From Eledone cirrhosa (taxonomy: Eukaryota), in the NCBI GenBank assembly GCA_964016885.1, contig OZ024750.1, positions 49,042,001 to 49,106,000 of the forward strand: a stretch of 64,000 nucleotides of DNA, written 5' to 3'. The notes under the pieces were generated by a model that worked only from the letters and a program-made list of their open reading frames with translations, was not told the DNA's origin and did not search any database. The position numbers were made by a program, and so were the translations under genes. This document shows positions 1 to 12,935 of the stretch, one piece after another; position 1 is the stretch's first letter; each line of letters starts with the position of its first letter.

Positions 1-752
1 ACACCAAATTGAAAGTCAGCTCCCGGAACAACTTCCTACGGAAACTGACCAACTCCAAATGGGGATCCACAGCACACACACCAAGATGTACTGACTTGGC
101 TCTGTGTTATTCCTCTGCGGAGTATGCGTGTCCTGTTTGGGTGAGATCAACCTATGCCATTAAACTAAACCCTGCGTTGAACAACACCTGCCGTTTGATC
201 ACTGGTTGCCTGAAGCCTACCAACCCGGACAAGTTGCATCTCCTCGGTGGCATTGCTCCTGCAGATGCTAGACGGGAAGCTGCCAGTCGAGTATAGATCA
301 CAAAAGCTATCAGTGATGAACGCTACCTCCTTCCGGCCCAACGACGAAATTTAAGGAGAAGCTTCCTCAATCATGTCCAGCCACTGACAACATCTCAGGA
401 AGAAACCAGACTACAGCTATGGACTAGAAAGCTAGAGAATGACACCTCTCCTATTGACATGAACATCCCCCTTCTGAAGCCCTCCCTCCTGGCTCAAGAG
501 CACCATGCATCCAGTGGAAGACACTTAACCGAGTGAGAACAGGATGGGGCGATCAAAAGCTGCTATGGCCAATGGGGCTACAAGCCCGGCCCAACCATCT
601 GCGAATGCGGAGAGGAGGACGACACGATGCAGCCCTGTCTTGTTTGCCCTCTACTACCTAACCAGTGCAGCTTAAAAGAGCTCGCATAATATAATAGTAA
701 AGAAATGGTAAACTGTCATATAGCCACATGCTTCGAAGATACGAATAGTAGA
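1..752 (+). mobile_element. 3' end of a decayed Vingi/Ingi-like non-LTR retrotransposon (RT thumb plus C-terminal Cys/His motif)
   Basis: ORF 9-296 reads RNNFLRKL..KWG..LALCYSSAEYACPVW..LNNTCRLITGCLKPT..GIAP, typical of the I-group RT C-terminus. Broken downstream frames give WKTLNRVRTG and CECGEEDDTMQPCLVCP. Stops and frameshifts are present. Clade assigned from remembered motifs. Confidence 0.7.
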
Positions 753-754
753 AC

Positions 755-3243
755 AGACTAACCTCTCCCAAAACCACCACCATTGTAAACCTTGCCAGGG
801 TTGCCAACACTGAAAATATAATTAATAGCAGTCTCAATTATTTAGATTTGCCTCATACAGACATAGATTTCCCGCCATTACCAACAACTACAGGTGTCAA
901 GGCCGCCATCCCCACCTTCACAATGACAAAAAGAACAACCAACACCACTGATGAATTGAATGAAGCCAAGCGAATGGTAGAAAAAAGATGGGTACAGGGT
1001 CAGCACAAAACCCCACACCCCCAACACCAACCCACCCAATCAAATAAAATGAATTATCGGACGATAAACACAAAATCACGCCGAGTGGAACGGGCATCCG
1101 AGTCCCAGATACAAAAAGCTTTGGGAAATGTGTGGGCGCAAAAAACCCACATCAGACGTGGCCATAAAAATTAGAATATTCACACTCGTCACAAGCTGGT
1201 GTGGACAGAGACTGGTGAAGATCAGTGTGACCCATATTCTACCGGCCAAAATTATCGAGGCCAACACTAAAGTATTTAAAGTAACAAAAGTAAAACAGGA
1301 GAACTGGTCCGTATCTGGTATGGCGCTCCTGAACCAAGCGGACCAATAAACATAGAGGAAATTCCAAAGGTGATAGACATCAATGACGGCAGCCACCTCA
1401 CCGTAATCGTTGAGGGTAGAAGGCCTAGGTTTGTCGTTTGTGGCGAAGAAACCCAACTAAAGGATTTCTGCTCTCAGGCTAAAAAGTTGAGGCCACCTCT
1501 CTTACCTGCCCCTGTGACTCAACCATCAAAACCAGCAGCAGAAAGGGCACCAACAACTGTAGCAGCAACAACCCCAGCAACTGTAGCAGCACAGTAGCAA
1601 AACCAACACCACCACGACCAACCGCGCCAGAATTAGAATCAGCGCCTTCAATATCCAGCACGCCACAACCAAAACCAACGCCTGTGGACGATTTTCCACT
1701 CCCCGACCTGTCACAACTGGAGACAGAGTGTGACGATGAGGGGGAGAGGGAAACTGTTTCAGGAAAAAAGAAAAAAAAAGAAACCCCAAAAAGAAGAAAG
1801 CCCACTTCCTTCGCCTTCCAAAAACAAAATGCAGTGTGTAACAAACAAACATACTAACAAAAAAGTTAAGACAGATATGCCGCCACCCATACCAGCATCA
1901 CCAGCTCCCTCACCACAAACACCATCAATATCACCATCATCAACCCCAACACCACCTTCACCAACAAGCGAAACAGAAACAAGCCCACAACAAACACAAA
2001 CAAAACAAAACAACCAAAACGATACACACTACACAGTATTATATCTGAACAACAACCAATTATTACACTACATTCAACACAACACCAGCATCACAGAAGA
2101 ATACTACACGACACCCCAAACAGTCATACTACATCCATACATGCAAATCAATCAAATCAGACAGAAAACTTTCACGGCACTAGAATTAAAATTCCCCAAG
2201 GACATTGGAGGGTTCCGACAAACACGCTCCAGGAAGATTTATAAAGACATCCTTCCGTGGCATGGGGTCGTCATGAAAGGTCACTAAACATAGATGTGGT
2301 GGCCATCAGCGAGACCAGAATCTCCGAAGCACGAGCTTTCGCGCCGATCTTCGGCGGCTACGATCTATACCTATCTCCGAGCCGTCCAGGATTGAGGGGA
2401 GAAGTTGCTGTACTTTTTCGCCATACGGGCCATCTTCCTGGACCCAGAAGGTAAGATGGTGGTGCTGGACGTGACCTGCGTAGACGGGCAAGCGATTAGG
2501 CTGGTGGCTGTCTATGCCCCGACAGGAACAGGGCAGTCTGATTTTTGCGGCGTCTGGAAATCTTTCTTGGAACGTCCCACTCTTTAGTATTAGTGGGCGA
2601 CTGGAACGGGATCTTAGATGCACGCTGGGACTGTGTGGGATTGGTGGATATGGGAGGAGGGTGTAAAAGCTTCGCAAACCTGCTTAGACGGTTTCAACTG
2701 TCTTACAGGTACCGTCCGGGTTTCCCGAACGTGCCAATGTGTACATGGACAAACCGTATCGGGTCATCCAGATAATAACTAGATAGGGTATTGTGTAGGG
2801 AAATAGATAGTTCTAGCATAGGCTGTCCACATTTCAACATAGTCGACTACACGAACCACAAATTCGTGATATGGGAGGTTGTCTTAAATAGGCTTCATAG
2901 AGAAGGACCTTTCTACTGGAAGCTACACGCTTCGTTAACAATGCGCAAGGCTTGCAGAGACCATATTAGCGAACTAGCTAAGGGGGCGTTGACGACGGCC
3001 ATCGTCAACAACAAATGATGGTTTGCTCTGAAAACAGCGATTAGAATAGAGTCCATTAGGATTAATAAGGCTTTAGCAATAGAGAAAAATATAGCAGAGG
3101 GAGAACTAGTTAGAAAATTAGACGAGGCTCTTACTAAAGGCATCACGACCGACGTACCTGCGGCAACATTGGCCCTTGACCACTTCGTCAATGCAAAGCA
3201 GGAAGGCGGCTGTTGTCAGAGCTAGGGTGCGTGATCTCAGACA
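755..3243 (+). mobile_element. L1/Tx1-like retrotransposon copy 1: decayed ORF1 and APE endonuclease part of ORF2, 3'-truncated
   Basis: Colinear at DNA level with 49257-52293. ORF1 has a degenerate zinc knuckle (RPRFVVCGEETQLKDFC). APE motifs DVVAISET, VYAP, LVGDWN, YLDRV and TNHK are present. Many frameshifts and internal deletions. Confidence 0.85.
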
Positions 3244-3244
3244 C

Positions 3245-3896
3245 ATTAAGGAGAATACAGATAAATGATATATATATTCCAGTATTTAAATTTATTTAAA
3301 AGATTGTTTAATGTTTACATATTCCGTTCATATTTACAGTTCTGGTATCACAAATTAGTACCATAGAACAACCACTATTATGGACACCATACATATTTCC
3401 GTGGGTACTTAGTACCTACTGAAATATCTATATCATTTATCTGTATTATCCTTAATATTGAGAAAAAGATGCTGTATCATGCTGCAATTTCTAGTAACAT
3501 GAAATATCAACGAGTCTATAATTCTCTCTTTATCTAACGGTCCATTTGTGTGTGGGTCATTTTAACGGCTTGATTCATTCACCCGGCAGAAAGCGAGACA
3601 TCTACTTACTTGGATTTATATCTAGTAAGTTTGGAAAAGTTATCTGAAGAGCTATATCTTTCAATTGGAAATTCTCTGAATTTCGAATCTTTTGATAAGC
3701 GAAACCGTCGGTCATGGCAATAGAAGAGGTAAATATTTAAATCGTATTTTAATTTATTTAAAATATGGTTTAATGTTTACTTGTTCCGCTCATATTTACA
3801 ATTCTGGTATCTCAAATTAGTACCATAGAACATCCACTATTATAGACACCATATATATTTCCGTGGATACTTAATACCTACTGGAATATCTATATC

Positions 3897-3902
<6 letters not shown>
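3245..3902 (+). mobile_element. Non-coding PLE-pLTR/retrozyme-like element: about 1.3 tandem copies of a 462-bp unit, a 5' inverted fragment and a hammerhead
   Basis: Direct repeat 3282-3440 vs 3744-3902; inverted repeat 3245-3284 vs 3417-3456; hammerhead at 3639-3718; ends in (TA)n. Confidence 0.7.
3639..3718 (+). ncRNA. Type I hammerhead ribozyme
   Basis: gttat CTGAAGA gctatatc..gaaattc-tct-gaatttc..gataagc GAAA ccgtcgg TC atggc. Stem I GUUAU/AUGGC has two G:U pairs, stem II is long, stem III is ACC/GGU, and the GUC site ends at 3713. Confidence 0.75.

Positions 3903-3962
<60 letters not shown>
3900..3962. repeat. (TA)n microsatellite
   Basis: Direct reading. Confidence 0.97.
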
Positions 3963-3966
<4 letters not shown>

Positions 3967-4147
3967 CAAATAAATACACAGACGCATGCGAATACTTACA
4001 TATACATGCATATACACACATATATCCCTGAATTTGTGTGGTGCCAACCTTAACCGTTTTTGCTCTATGAATAACAGGGGCACAATAATCCGAATGGATT
4101 AGATTGATTCAATATCATATCTATATAATACATTATAAAGAAAGAAG

Positions 4148-4543
4148 AAACATTATATATAAATAAAAAGATATAAAATACCTAAATTCCCTCATTATCC
4201 TCGACTACGTAGTTTCGTGGCTATTATGCTAAAACATTTAATCATAGAGATGCAGTATTTTTGTGAGGTTTGCCGACTTATCAAGCGGATACTTCATTTA
4301 GAGTTTCAAAACATGTCCGTAGGACGCGAGATAGAATCCCGAGAGGCGGAGGGGCAACTTATCACGTGATACAGCGGTCAAGAAACAGAGCTAAGCCTCT
4401 TACAACCAAGAGAAAATACCACAAAAGGCGGAGGGGGTTATTATGTCAAGGCCGTAGCAGAGTTGGCTAGCCACGAAACTACGTAGTCGAGGATAATGAA
4501 GGAATTTAGGTATATTATATATTTATATTTATATCTAATGTTT
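4148..4543. repeat. About 75-bp inverted repeats (4148-4223 / 4468-4543) carrying a hammerhead 3' half
   Basis: cattatcctcgactacgtagtttcgtggcta is the exact reverse complement of tagccacgaaactacgtagtcgaggataatg. Confidence 0.85.
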
Positions 4544-4561
4544 ATTATTTATTTATATATA

Positions 4562-4734
4562 GGACGGTGGATTGGCAGTATCGGTAGAGGGTCGGACGCC
4601 ATGCTTTCCAGCATAGTTACGTCCGTTTACGATCTGAGTTCAAATCCCGCCGAGGTTGACTTTGCCTTTCATCCTTACGGGGTCGATAAAATAAAGTACC
4701 AGTAATGCTGGCCTTGTCCCTAAAGTAGAAACAA
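4562..4734 (+). mobile_element. tRNA-derived SINE, family A
   Basis: A-box-like tggcagtatcgg, B-box gagttcaaatccc, central gcctttcatccttacggggtcgataaaataaagtaccag (resembles a conserved Meta-type SINE domain, from memory) and tail cctaaagtagaaacaa. About 13 copies in the window. Confidence 0.9.
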
Positions 4735-4812
4735 TTATTTACTCTCCAGAGCGTGAAATTAATACACATTCGTTGTACTGCCTCTCTGTTTTGTTCCTGT
4801 TCAAATGTTTCC

Positions 4813-4935
<123 letters not shown>

Positions 4936-5681
4936 ACTTACGCAGTCAGTCTCAAAGCAACACAAATGAAACTTCAAAAAGTTATTGTTTTCTATAGTCT
5001 GAGTTATATTTTAAATCGAAACATAGTTCTTCAGATACATACCTGAACCTTGCTTGTCAGTGTAATTACATTGCTATGTTTTCAATAAAACAATATTTCA
5101 AAAGATATATATCTTTAGCAGAGAAACACTGTATAATATCATAGGTTTAGATTTTCTCAAATATCATTACATGCAATGTGTTCTGTATGCGATTATTTAA
5201 TACGATGACATAGAAAGGCTTCGTTTTGTTGCATATTATTATTATTATTATCTTTTCGTTTCTTCTAGAGATTGAAACATAACATATTACGTTGCGACAT
5301 TAATGGATATTTCAATATAATGACAGTATCAAGATTAAATATCACAAATAAAACACAAACATATTGCGTATCACGATCCGTTTTAAAATATCTTCTACCA
5401 TAGAAACAAATATATGGTTTAAGATGAGAAACAAATCATTTTATTGGCGGTTATTCTTGCATTGTTAACGAAAATATCTGTACTTGTAGATGCTGAAAAT
5501 TGTAAGATATGTAACATAAATTACACGCATATCATGTACAATAATTCTATTCTCTGTTGATTAACGATATGTTGAAATACAATTCTTGGCCCCAATATAG
5601 CTTAAACAAAAATAAAGTATCTATGTATATATATATATATATATATATAAGAACAAAATATGGTTAAAAGAGTTCCATGTA

Positions 5682-5748
5682 TTTTATTATGCGCATTTCA
5701 AAAACAAATATCATCATGCAATAATATTTGTGTTTTCATCAGATAAAA
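5682..5748 (-). ncRNA. Type I hammerhead ribozyme in the PLE 3' region
   Basis: Minus strand: ttttat CTGATGA aaacacaaatat..atatttgttttt GAAA tgcgca TA ataaaa. 6-bp stem I, long stem II, palindromic stem III, AUA site. Confidence 0.85.
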
Positions 5749-7340
5749 CAGGAAGACATGATATGAAGGTTAAAAAACACTTGTGGATTGTTCAGTTTTA
5801 AATCAACACATGAAAAAGTAGTTTTAGATTGATGTGCGTTATTGGGAAAAATATTTTATTTAGAGGGGCGGGGGGTTGGAAAGGATGAAAAAGAGGAGGA
5901 GATGAGAGTAACAAGTGGAGAGGGAGAAGTATAATGAGGAAGGATGAGATAGGAGGAGATATGGGTGATAGAGAGAGAGATATAGCTTTTATAACTGAGA
6001 AAGATATATTGTTTTACATAGAGAGGTTGAAAACCGTTGGAGATAATGTATAAATTAAAAGAATTTGAAAATTAACGAAGAGAAAAATAATGTAAAGTTA
6101 AGGTTTGTATATTGAGGGGTTTGATAATATGTGCGATGAAAAGAAAATGTTAATATGTATTAAGAATAATATTTAAGGGTTTAATAATATGTACGATGTT
6201 AAGAAAATGTTGATATGTATTATTAAAAGGAATAAGAGGTTATTTAAGTAAGGAAATATTGAGATGAGCATGAATGAGTTAGATGAAAGGGAGAAAAGAA
6301 TAATGAATTGAGGATGAATAATCTAACGTCAAAAAAATGTGTATATGTTTACGAAGGATTTTTACAAGGTGATATAGAGTAAGAGTGTATTGTATTATGT
6401 AATAATTGATTCTATGTTAGGCAAGAGTGAGAAAAGGTACAGATTAGGGTTTAGACATTAAAAGAAGAAGAGAAGAAAGGAAAGAGATAAATAGGGGCGA
6501 TGTAGAATGAGTAACAAGTATTATAGAATGTATAATAACCTTTGAAATAAGGTAGAAATATGGGTATATTTTTAAAAGAAGTGTATATATATATGTGCCT
6601 TTGAGAAAAAGATTCTAAATTGATAAAGAATTGAATCTTAGCTGTATACTTTGTGAAATGTTTTATGGAATTTATGCAAGCAGATAGAAAACAAGTCAGT
6701 GCGTCTATTTATTATAGAATCTAAATTAGAAATAATGGTAATTTTTTTCATTTAGACAGAGATTGTAAATTTTGGATAGAGAACTGTTCAAGTATAGATA
6801 CGCAGAAGAAACCTTCTTCCAAAAGATGCTATATTTAATATTTTTGTCTTTCAAGGACCATATGAGCTCTGAGAGAGCCGTGTTGGTTCTTTTAAGTTTG
6901 TATTTAAAAGATAAATGATGGTTATAAAGACGAGCTTTAAAAGAGGTGGAAGTGGAGCCAAAATAGGTGAAGGAATTGGTGTCAGTTATAACTTTACATT
7001 CGTAAATTAAGTTTTTATCAAGACAATGGTTGTTGAGGGGATATTTATTTTTAATAGGGCAATTGCAATTGCGATTAGAGAGATTATTAATGAGTGACCT
7101 AGTGTTATCTATAGAAGGAATTGGATTGGAGAAGTTATTTGCGATAGGAATAATAGTTTGTTGATTTAGAATGGTATTAAGAACATTTAGCGAAGTTGTG
7201 TTTGACGTTGTATTTGGGTTTGTAGAAATTAGCCTAGGGTTTACAATGACGTCGGGAGTACTATTACTATTATTATGATATTCAGTGTTGGAAGGAAGAG
7301 ATTTAGTATTTAGTATTTTATTGTTGTGTTTAGAGATAAT

Positions 7341-7523
7341 TGTTTCTACTTCAGGCACAAGGCCAGCAATTACGCAGTGCTTTACTGGTACTTTATTTTA
7401 TCGACCCCGTAAGGATGAAAGGCAAAGTCAACCTCGGCGGGATTTGAACTCAGAATGGCAAGGGCCGTAACTCTATGTGTCAAAGCATGGCGTCCGACCC
7501 TCTACCGATACTGCCAATCCACC
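7341..7523 (-). mobile_element. SINE family A inserted in the PLE ORF with an 18-bp TSD
   Basis: Reverse complement of family A; gttgtgtttagagataat duplicated at 7323-7340 and 7524-7541. Confidence 0.93.
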
Positions 7524-8256
7524 GTTGTGTTTAGAGATAATGTTGGAAATGTTGGAGGATGAAGAATAGGAACATTTTATAGTGTGTTTGTTAAATATTT
7601 TACTATAGATATGTGAGGGAGGGAAGCATTTATTTAAGGCACTAAAGAATAATTTAGGAATATTGTTATTAATGGAGATGGAGAAAGGAGCATCATACCA
7701 GATTATGTTTTTGTATCTAGCTCTTTTATTAAAGTTATTTAAATGATCATGATTAATTATTCTACTGTAATTTCTTCTAGAATTTGTTTCTTTACTATAT
7801 TTGATTTTATCAGGATAGCCGGCTTTAGAAAGCGCGTTATTATAGTAATTGGCGTTAGCCTCAAAGATGTTTTTATTAGAAGATAGTTTAGATATTCTTT
7901 TTCCAATATTACTAACTATAGCATTCTTGATATTAGTAGGATGGTTAGATTTAAAGTTAACATAATTTAGGTTCTCATTGTTTTTATGGTAAGGGTAATA
8001 TAGGCCAGTGTCAAGATTAAGAGATACATCCAAGAAATTAGCTAGTTTGATGCTGTTATCAAATTCAATTTTTAGGTTATGTTGGTTAAAGAGATTACGT
8101 ATATTGTTCTTAATAATATTAAGGTTAACTATGTTGCAATTTAATATGTTCTTATATATATATTATATATTATGTATACTCCAGTCCTACAAACTGTAGA
8201 GTGCTTCTTATCCGATATCTGCATTGCTTTATTGTACTACAATAAAACTCACCTCC

Positions 8257-8259
<3 letters not shown>

Positions 8260-8330
<71 letters not shown>
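8260..8330. repeat. (TA)n microsatellite
   Basis: Direct reading. Confidence 0.97.
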
Positions 8331-8333
<3 letters not shown>

Positions 8334-8657
8334 AAGATTCCAGTTCCTCAGAGAAATAACAACACAACCAGGAGCTGGACATATCGATGTAGTGACGGAG
8401 TAAAACACACTTCAACAACATGTTTACCTGTCTTTCACACACCAATTCGGACTGCCTGGGGAGGTCACAGCCAATGATGGCTGTTACCGAAATATATATA
8501 GCAGTATATTTATAATTTATAATAAACGAAGCCAAATTTGACATATTTGACTTAATTATTTTACATTAGTCCGGAGAATAAAAAAACAGCTTGCGTACTT
8601 CGTCGAGTGCTCCAGTCTGCATACTGATGTATCGGGAAACAACCAACATATACTCAA

Positions 8658-8798
<141 letters not shown>

Positions 8799-11479
8799 GC
8801 CTGTGGGTGTATATGCGGGAGTGAGAATGGGTGTGTGTGTACGTTTGTGCATATGTACACATTTATTCAGAAATCCATACAAACAAATCTACATGCATAA
8901 TTTTACACTGTATTTCAAATATCTCTGTATGCAAATTATAATTTATAACTTTAATTTCCAGAGAACATTTATCTTAATATAAGGAATGCCTGCAAGCCAA
9001 AACATTCAAAATGAAATTCCAATCGCGATGCCCTTCAAATTTAGATTACTTTCATTTTACGCCATCAATATTTATATTATTTTATAAGAATCGATGAAAT
9101 CATACTTGCTAGAATAAAAAAAAACATAACATTTTTATTCCATATCTATTTGTTATATTAGCAACACATACATTATTATTTATTTTTCCGCATATTATTT
9201 TACATATATTTCATGATTTTTTCAGAGGGGTAATAGCAACGTATTTTTGAGAATTGAGAGGCTCATAGATCGCTGTGATTTCTTATCCTGGAGGATCGTA
9301 CAATGGTGTAATACAACAGGTGAAACTCAAATAATTACACCAAACATCAAGATGGTAATATTAAAGTGTCATAGCATTAGTAAACGTTGTCTGGTCATGA
9401 CGTTTCACTGATTGTTTTTGGAGAATTTAAAATTGAAAACGTCATGTTTGGATCTTTATCGTGCACTTCGTATGTTCCAGTTAGGTTCTGAGATGATTTC
9501 ATTGAATTAGAATATATCTACACTTTTATCTATTAAAACGTAATGATAGTTTCTTAGAGGAGTACTTCAACTAACAGTAAATGTTCAATGAATTGTGAGA
9601 CCCATAGAATTTGTATGCATGCGTATATTTGTATAGCATGCCCCTTACACAACAGAATGTTATATATTACCGAGCACAATCAATAAAATAAAATAAAATA
9701 GTTTATCTTTTTTCAATGAGAAATGCAACACTTCAGGTGTACCTTCTATTTATCTGGTTGAAAATATTAGGCCATTCAAACAGATATCATCTATATATTT
9801 TGAACACGCAACATCCAAATACAAAGCTTGTATTTTCTAGCAATGCACCGAATTGTCTATGTTATCGGAGCATTTGCTTAAGTTATCTCGTATGTATCAT
9901 TGCTCTTGATCGTATTTTAGACGTTTGTCCCTAAACCACATAATAGATTTAATATACCAATTGTTGTGATAATTTCAGCAGGCTAAATGTTTTCAATGTA
10001 CTGTGTTATATATTTAACGTCTTACACTATTTGGATGAAGCCTCATGGTTTAATCTACGACCGCATAATACTGTACATATTAAGAACAGAGACGTGATAT
10101 TGGTATTGAGTGGGTAGATAATATAATTCCCAGATTCATCATTGAAACTAGTCCAGCTCTTAGAAATCCAGGACAAATAATACTTATAAGTGACGTATAA
10201 TTCATCATATGCTATGCTAATTATGTTGTACTACGAAACAAAAACAGAATTGTCATGGTTAGAATGTCTCTGATCATATTCCAACTAAATGAGGATAGAG
10301 ATGAGGTGTAACACTACAGAAATCAACGAAACGAGTGTTCGACACTCACACTAAAAGTTGACGTACATTTATTAGGCGTTTGATAATCGAATGAAATCTA
10401 TATTATTAAGGCATGTCTTGAAACGACGTGTTTTGCTTGAGTTCTCAGGTTCCGTTAGCATTGTCATTTCAACGAAATTCCACGGAAAGTTAACATATCA
10501 ATACCATAATATTAGTTCAATAAACTGTGTATCAATACTAAAATAAGACAATCTCAATAGAAAATACGCATACCGTCTATATTTATACTTTTGAGTGGAA
10601 CTATACTCAATCAATAATATTAAAGTAACGTTCGCTACTGGTGTATCATGTCGGGCAAATTAACAAGCAGGTCAAATCTCGTTTGAATCTTTCTATTTCG
10701 AGCTAAATTTAATTTAGCTATATTTATTAAATTATATCTTAATTTATTTAATTAAATTACATTCACATGTCTTATCACTTTCCATTTTATTTTTCTGTTT
10801 CCATACAGCAGCTTAAATTACAGTATCCTCTTAAACTTTCTTGGTGATGCCGTCAATTGATTAAACCTGTTTTGGCCGTTAACCAAGTTATTAAGAATGA
10901 TAGCAGGGCAAGTTTTGACGAATCACGAACAATATGTGGAGCCAAAATTACAATTAAAACTAAACATAGATCACCAAACGTTTTATTTCGTTTATAATTA
11001 GGTCTGTAATTGCAATCGTTTGAGAACATTTATTAGAGGATTTCTTAATATAATTAATAGAGATGTTAGATGTATGCCTTTTGTCTATTTCTTTTCAATA
11101 CAGTATTAGAAATATTTTCAAATCCAAGTACATGGTATCTTTATAGAACATTTTATAATATAATCAGAAATGAAATGTTCTTTCCTAGATTATGTCAATT
11201 CATTCGACGCCAGTTAATATATAATCGATGATATTTATTTTGTTATCGTAGACATATAAAGATGGCGAAATCAAGTAGTGTACTTGATTCAGTATAGATA
11301 AATCCATTAAGTACGCCGAACGCCAGTCTCCGCTATTTCCGGCAAAAGACATAAACAGGAAGGCGTTGGATTAATAAAAAATGTTTCAAATTTGAAGTAT
11401 ACGTTAGATTTTACTTAGTAAGATTCCTTCTAATATTTGGTTAAACCCCGTTGACTAGGCATTACGATTCATATGTCTC

Positions 11480-11483
<4 letters not shown>

Positions 11484-11529
<46 letters not shown>

Positions 11530-11590
11530 GCACACGCACCGAAGCATACACTCGTATATTCAGAGACACGCACGCACACGCCACACCACA

Positions 11591-11668
<78 letters not shown>

Positions 11669-11710
11669 CATATATATATACAGAAAGATATATATATATA
11701 TATATATACA
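11484..11710. repeat. Compound (TA)n/(CA)n microsatellite
   Basis: Direct reading. Confidence 0.95.
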
Positions 11711-12347
11711 CATGCTTTTATATGTGTGAGCGAATATGCATCCTTGCATGTACTTATTTATTTATAAATAAATGTATGAATCTATCTTTCAATCTATCTA
11801 TAACTCTGTGTTTCGTTTTCTGTCTCTCTCTCTCTATCTCTCTCTCTCCATCCCTTTCTCTCTGTATATATATACATATGTATTAAATCTCCACTACGGT
11901 AACCCTTCTACCTTTGTTTTGTTTTCATTTTCGTTTCTCTCAATTTTCACTTTTCTCCTATTTCTCACTCACTTCCTACCTCGAGATTTCCCATCTGCAT
12001 TGTTGTGGCTTTCTAAACTACATATTTTATATATATACATATATAATTGGTCATCTGTATGTTTGCATGTATGTAAGTATATTCTAGTTTTATAATTCTA
12101 TAGAATTTTTTTTTCCCAATAGAAAGAGATTCGGCTTCTTACATAATCACAAGACTCTCTCATTGGAATTTAAACAATATCAACTAGGGAAATATGTATA
12201 CATGCTTGCGTGTGCAGGTATGGATATTATTATATGTATGGGTGTGTATGTTTTGTGTTATGTTATGTATCCGTATAAATGTGTATGCAGTTATCATATG
12301 CAGAATTTTTGGAATGTTTTGCATATGTTTCGCTTCTATTAATTGAT

Positions 12348-12530
12348 CGGTGGATTGGCAGTATCGGTAGAGGGTCGGACGCGATGCTTTGACGCATAGA
12401 GTTACGTCCCTTGCCATTCTGAGTTCAAATCCCGCCGAGGTTAACTTTGCTTTTCATCCTCACGGGGTCGATGAAATAAAGTACCAGTAATGCACTGGTA
12501 ATGGCTGGCCTTGTGCCTAAAGTAGAAACA
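12348..12530 (+). mobile_element. SINE family A with TSD attaattgat
   Basis: Near-identical to other copies; attaattgat at 12338-12347 and 12531-12540. Confidence 0.92.
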
Positions 12531-12935
12531 ATTAATTGATTATACTTTTTTTATTTCCGAGCTTGTCGTGTTCTTTCTGTTTCTGTAAGGCCCAGCTTCT
12601 CATGACATTTTACTGAGGCAGTTACTAACATATACCAGTGTCCCTTAATCACACGTATCAATCCGAAGAATTCGCATCTGTAGAATTCGCAATAGTTCTG
12701 CATAATTATTCTCCTTTTCGCTAATCTTTAATATTATGCGCAGCTGAAGTCCACTACTGTGCATGCCTTCTTTCCCCTGTCTCATATGATTATATCTGGT
12801 CCCTTATGCCTTACTGAGGCAGTTACTAACATATACCAGTGTCCCTTAATCACACGTATCAATCCGAAGAATTCGTATCTGTAGAATTCTCAATAGTTCT
12901 GCATAGTTATTCTCCTTTTCGCTAATGTTTAATAT

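Larger units (their letters stand above)
5650..8160 (-). mobile_element. Penelope-like element (Naiad-like), 5'-truncated: RT thumb, GIY-YIG, long 3' UTR with hammerhead; interrupted by a SINE
   Basis: ORF 7473-8033 has FLDVSLNL..YYPYHK..YVNFKSNHP and IIWYDAPFS. ORF 6726-7358 has CNCPIKNKYPLNNHCL and LIYECK..YFGSTSTSFKARLYNH. Hammerhead at 5682-5748. Confidence 0.85.

Noticed and set aside
4562-4734. tRNA gene call for the A/B-box-containing repeats
   Set aside because: No cloverleaf; dispersed copies with TSDs and a shared non-tRNA body indicate SINEs.
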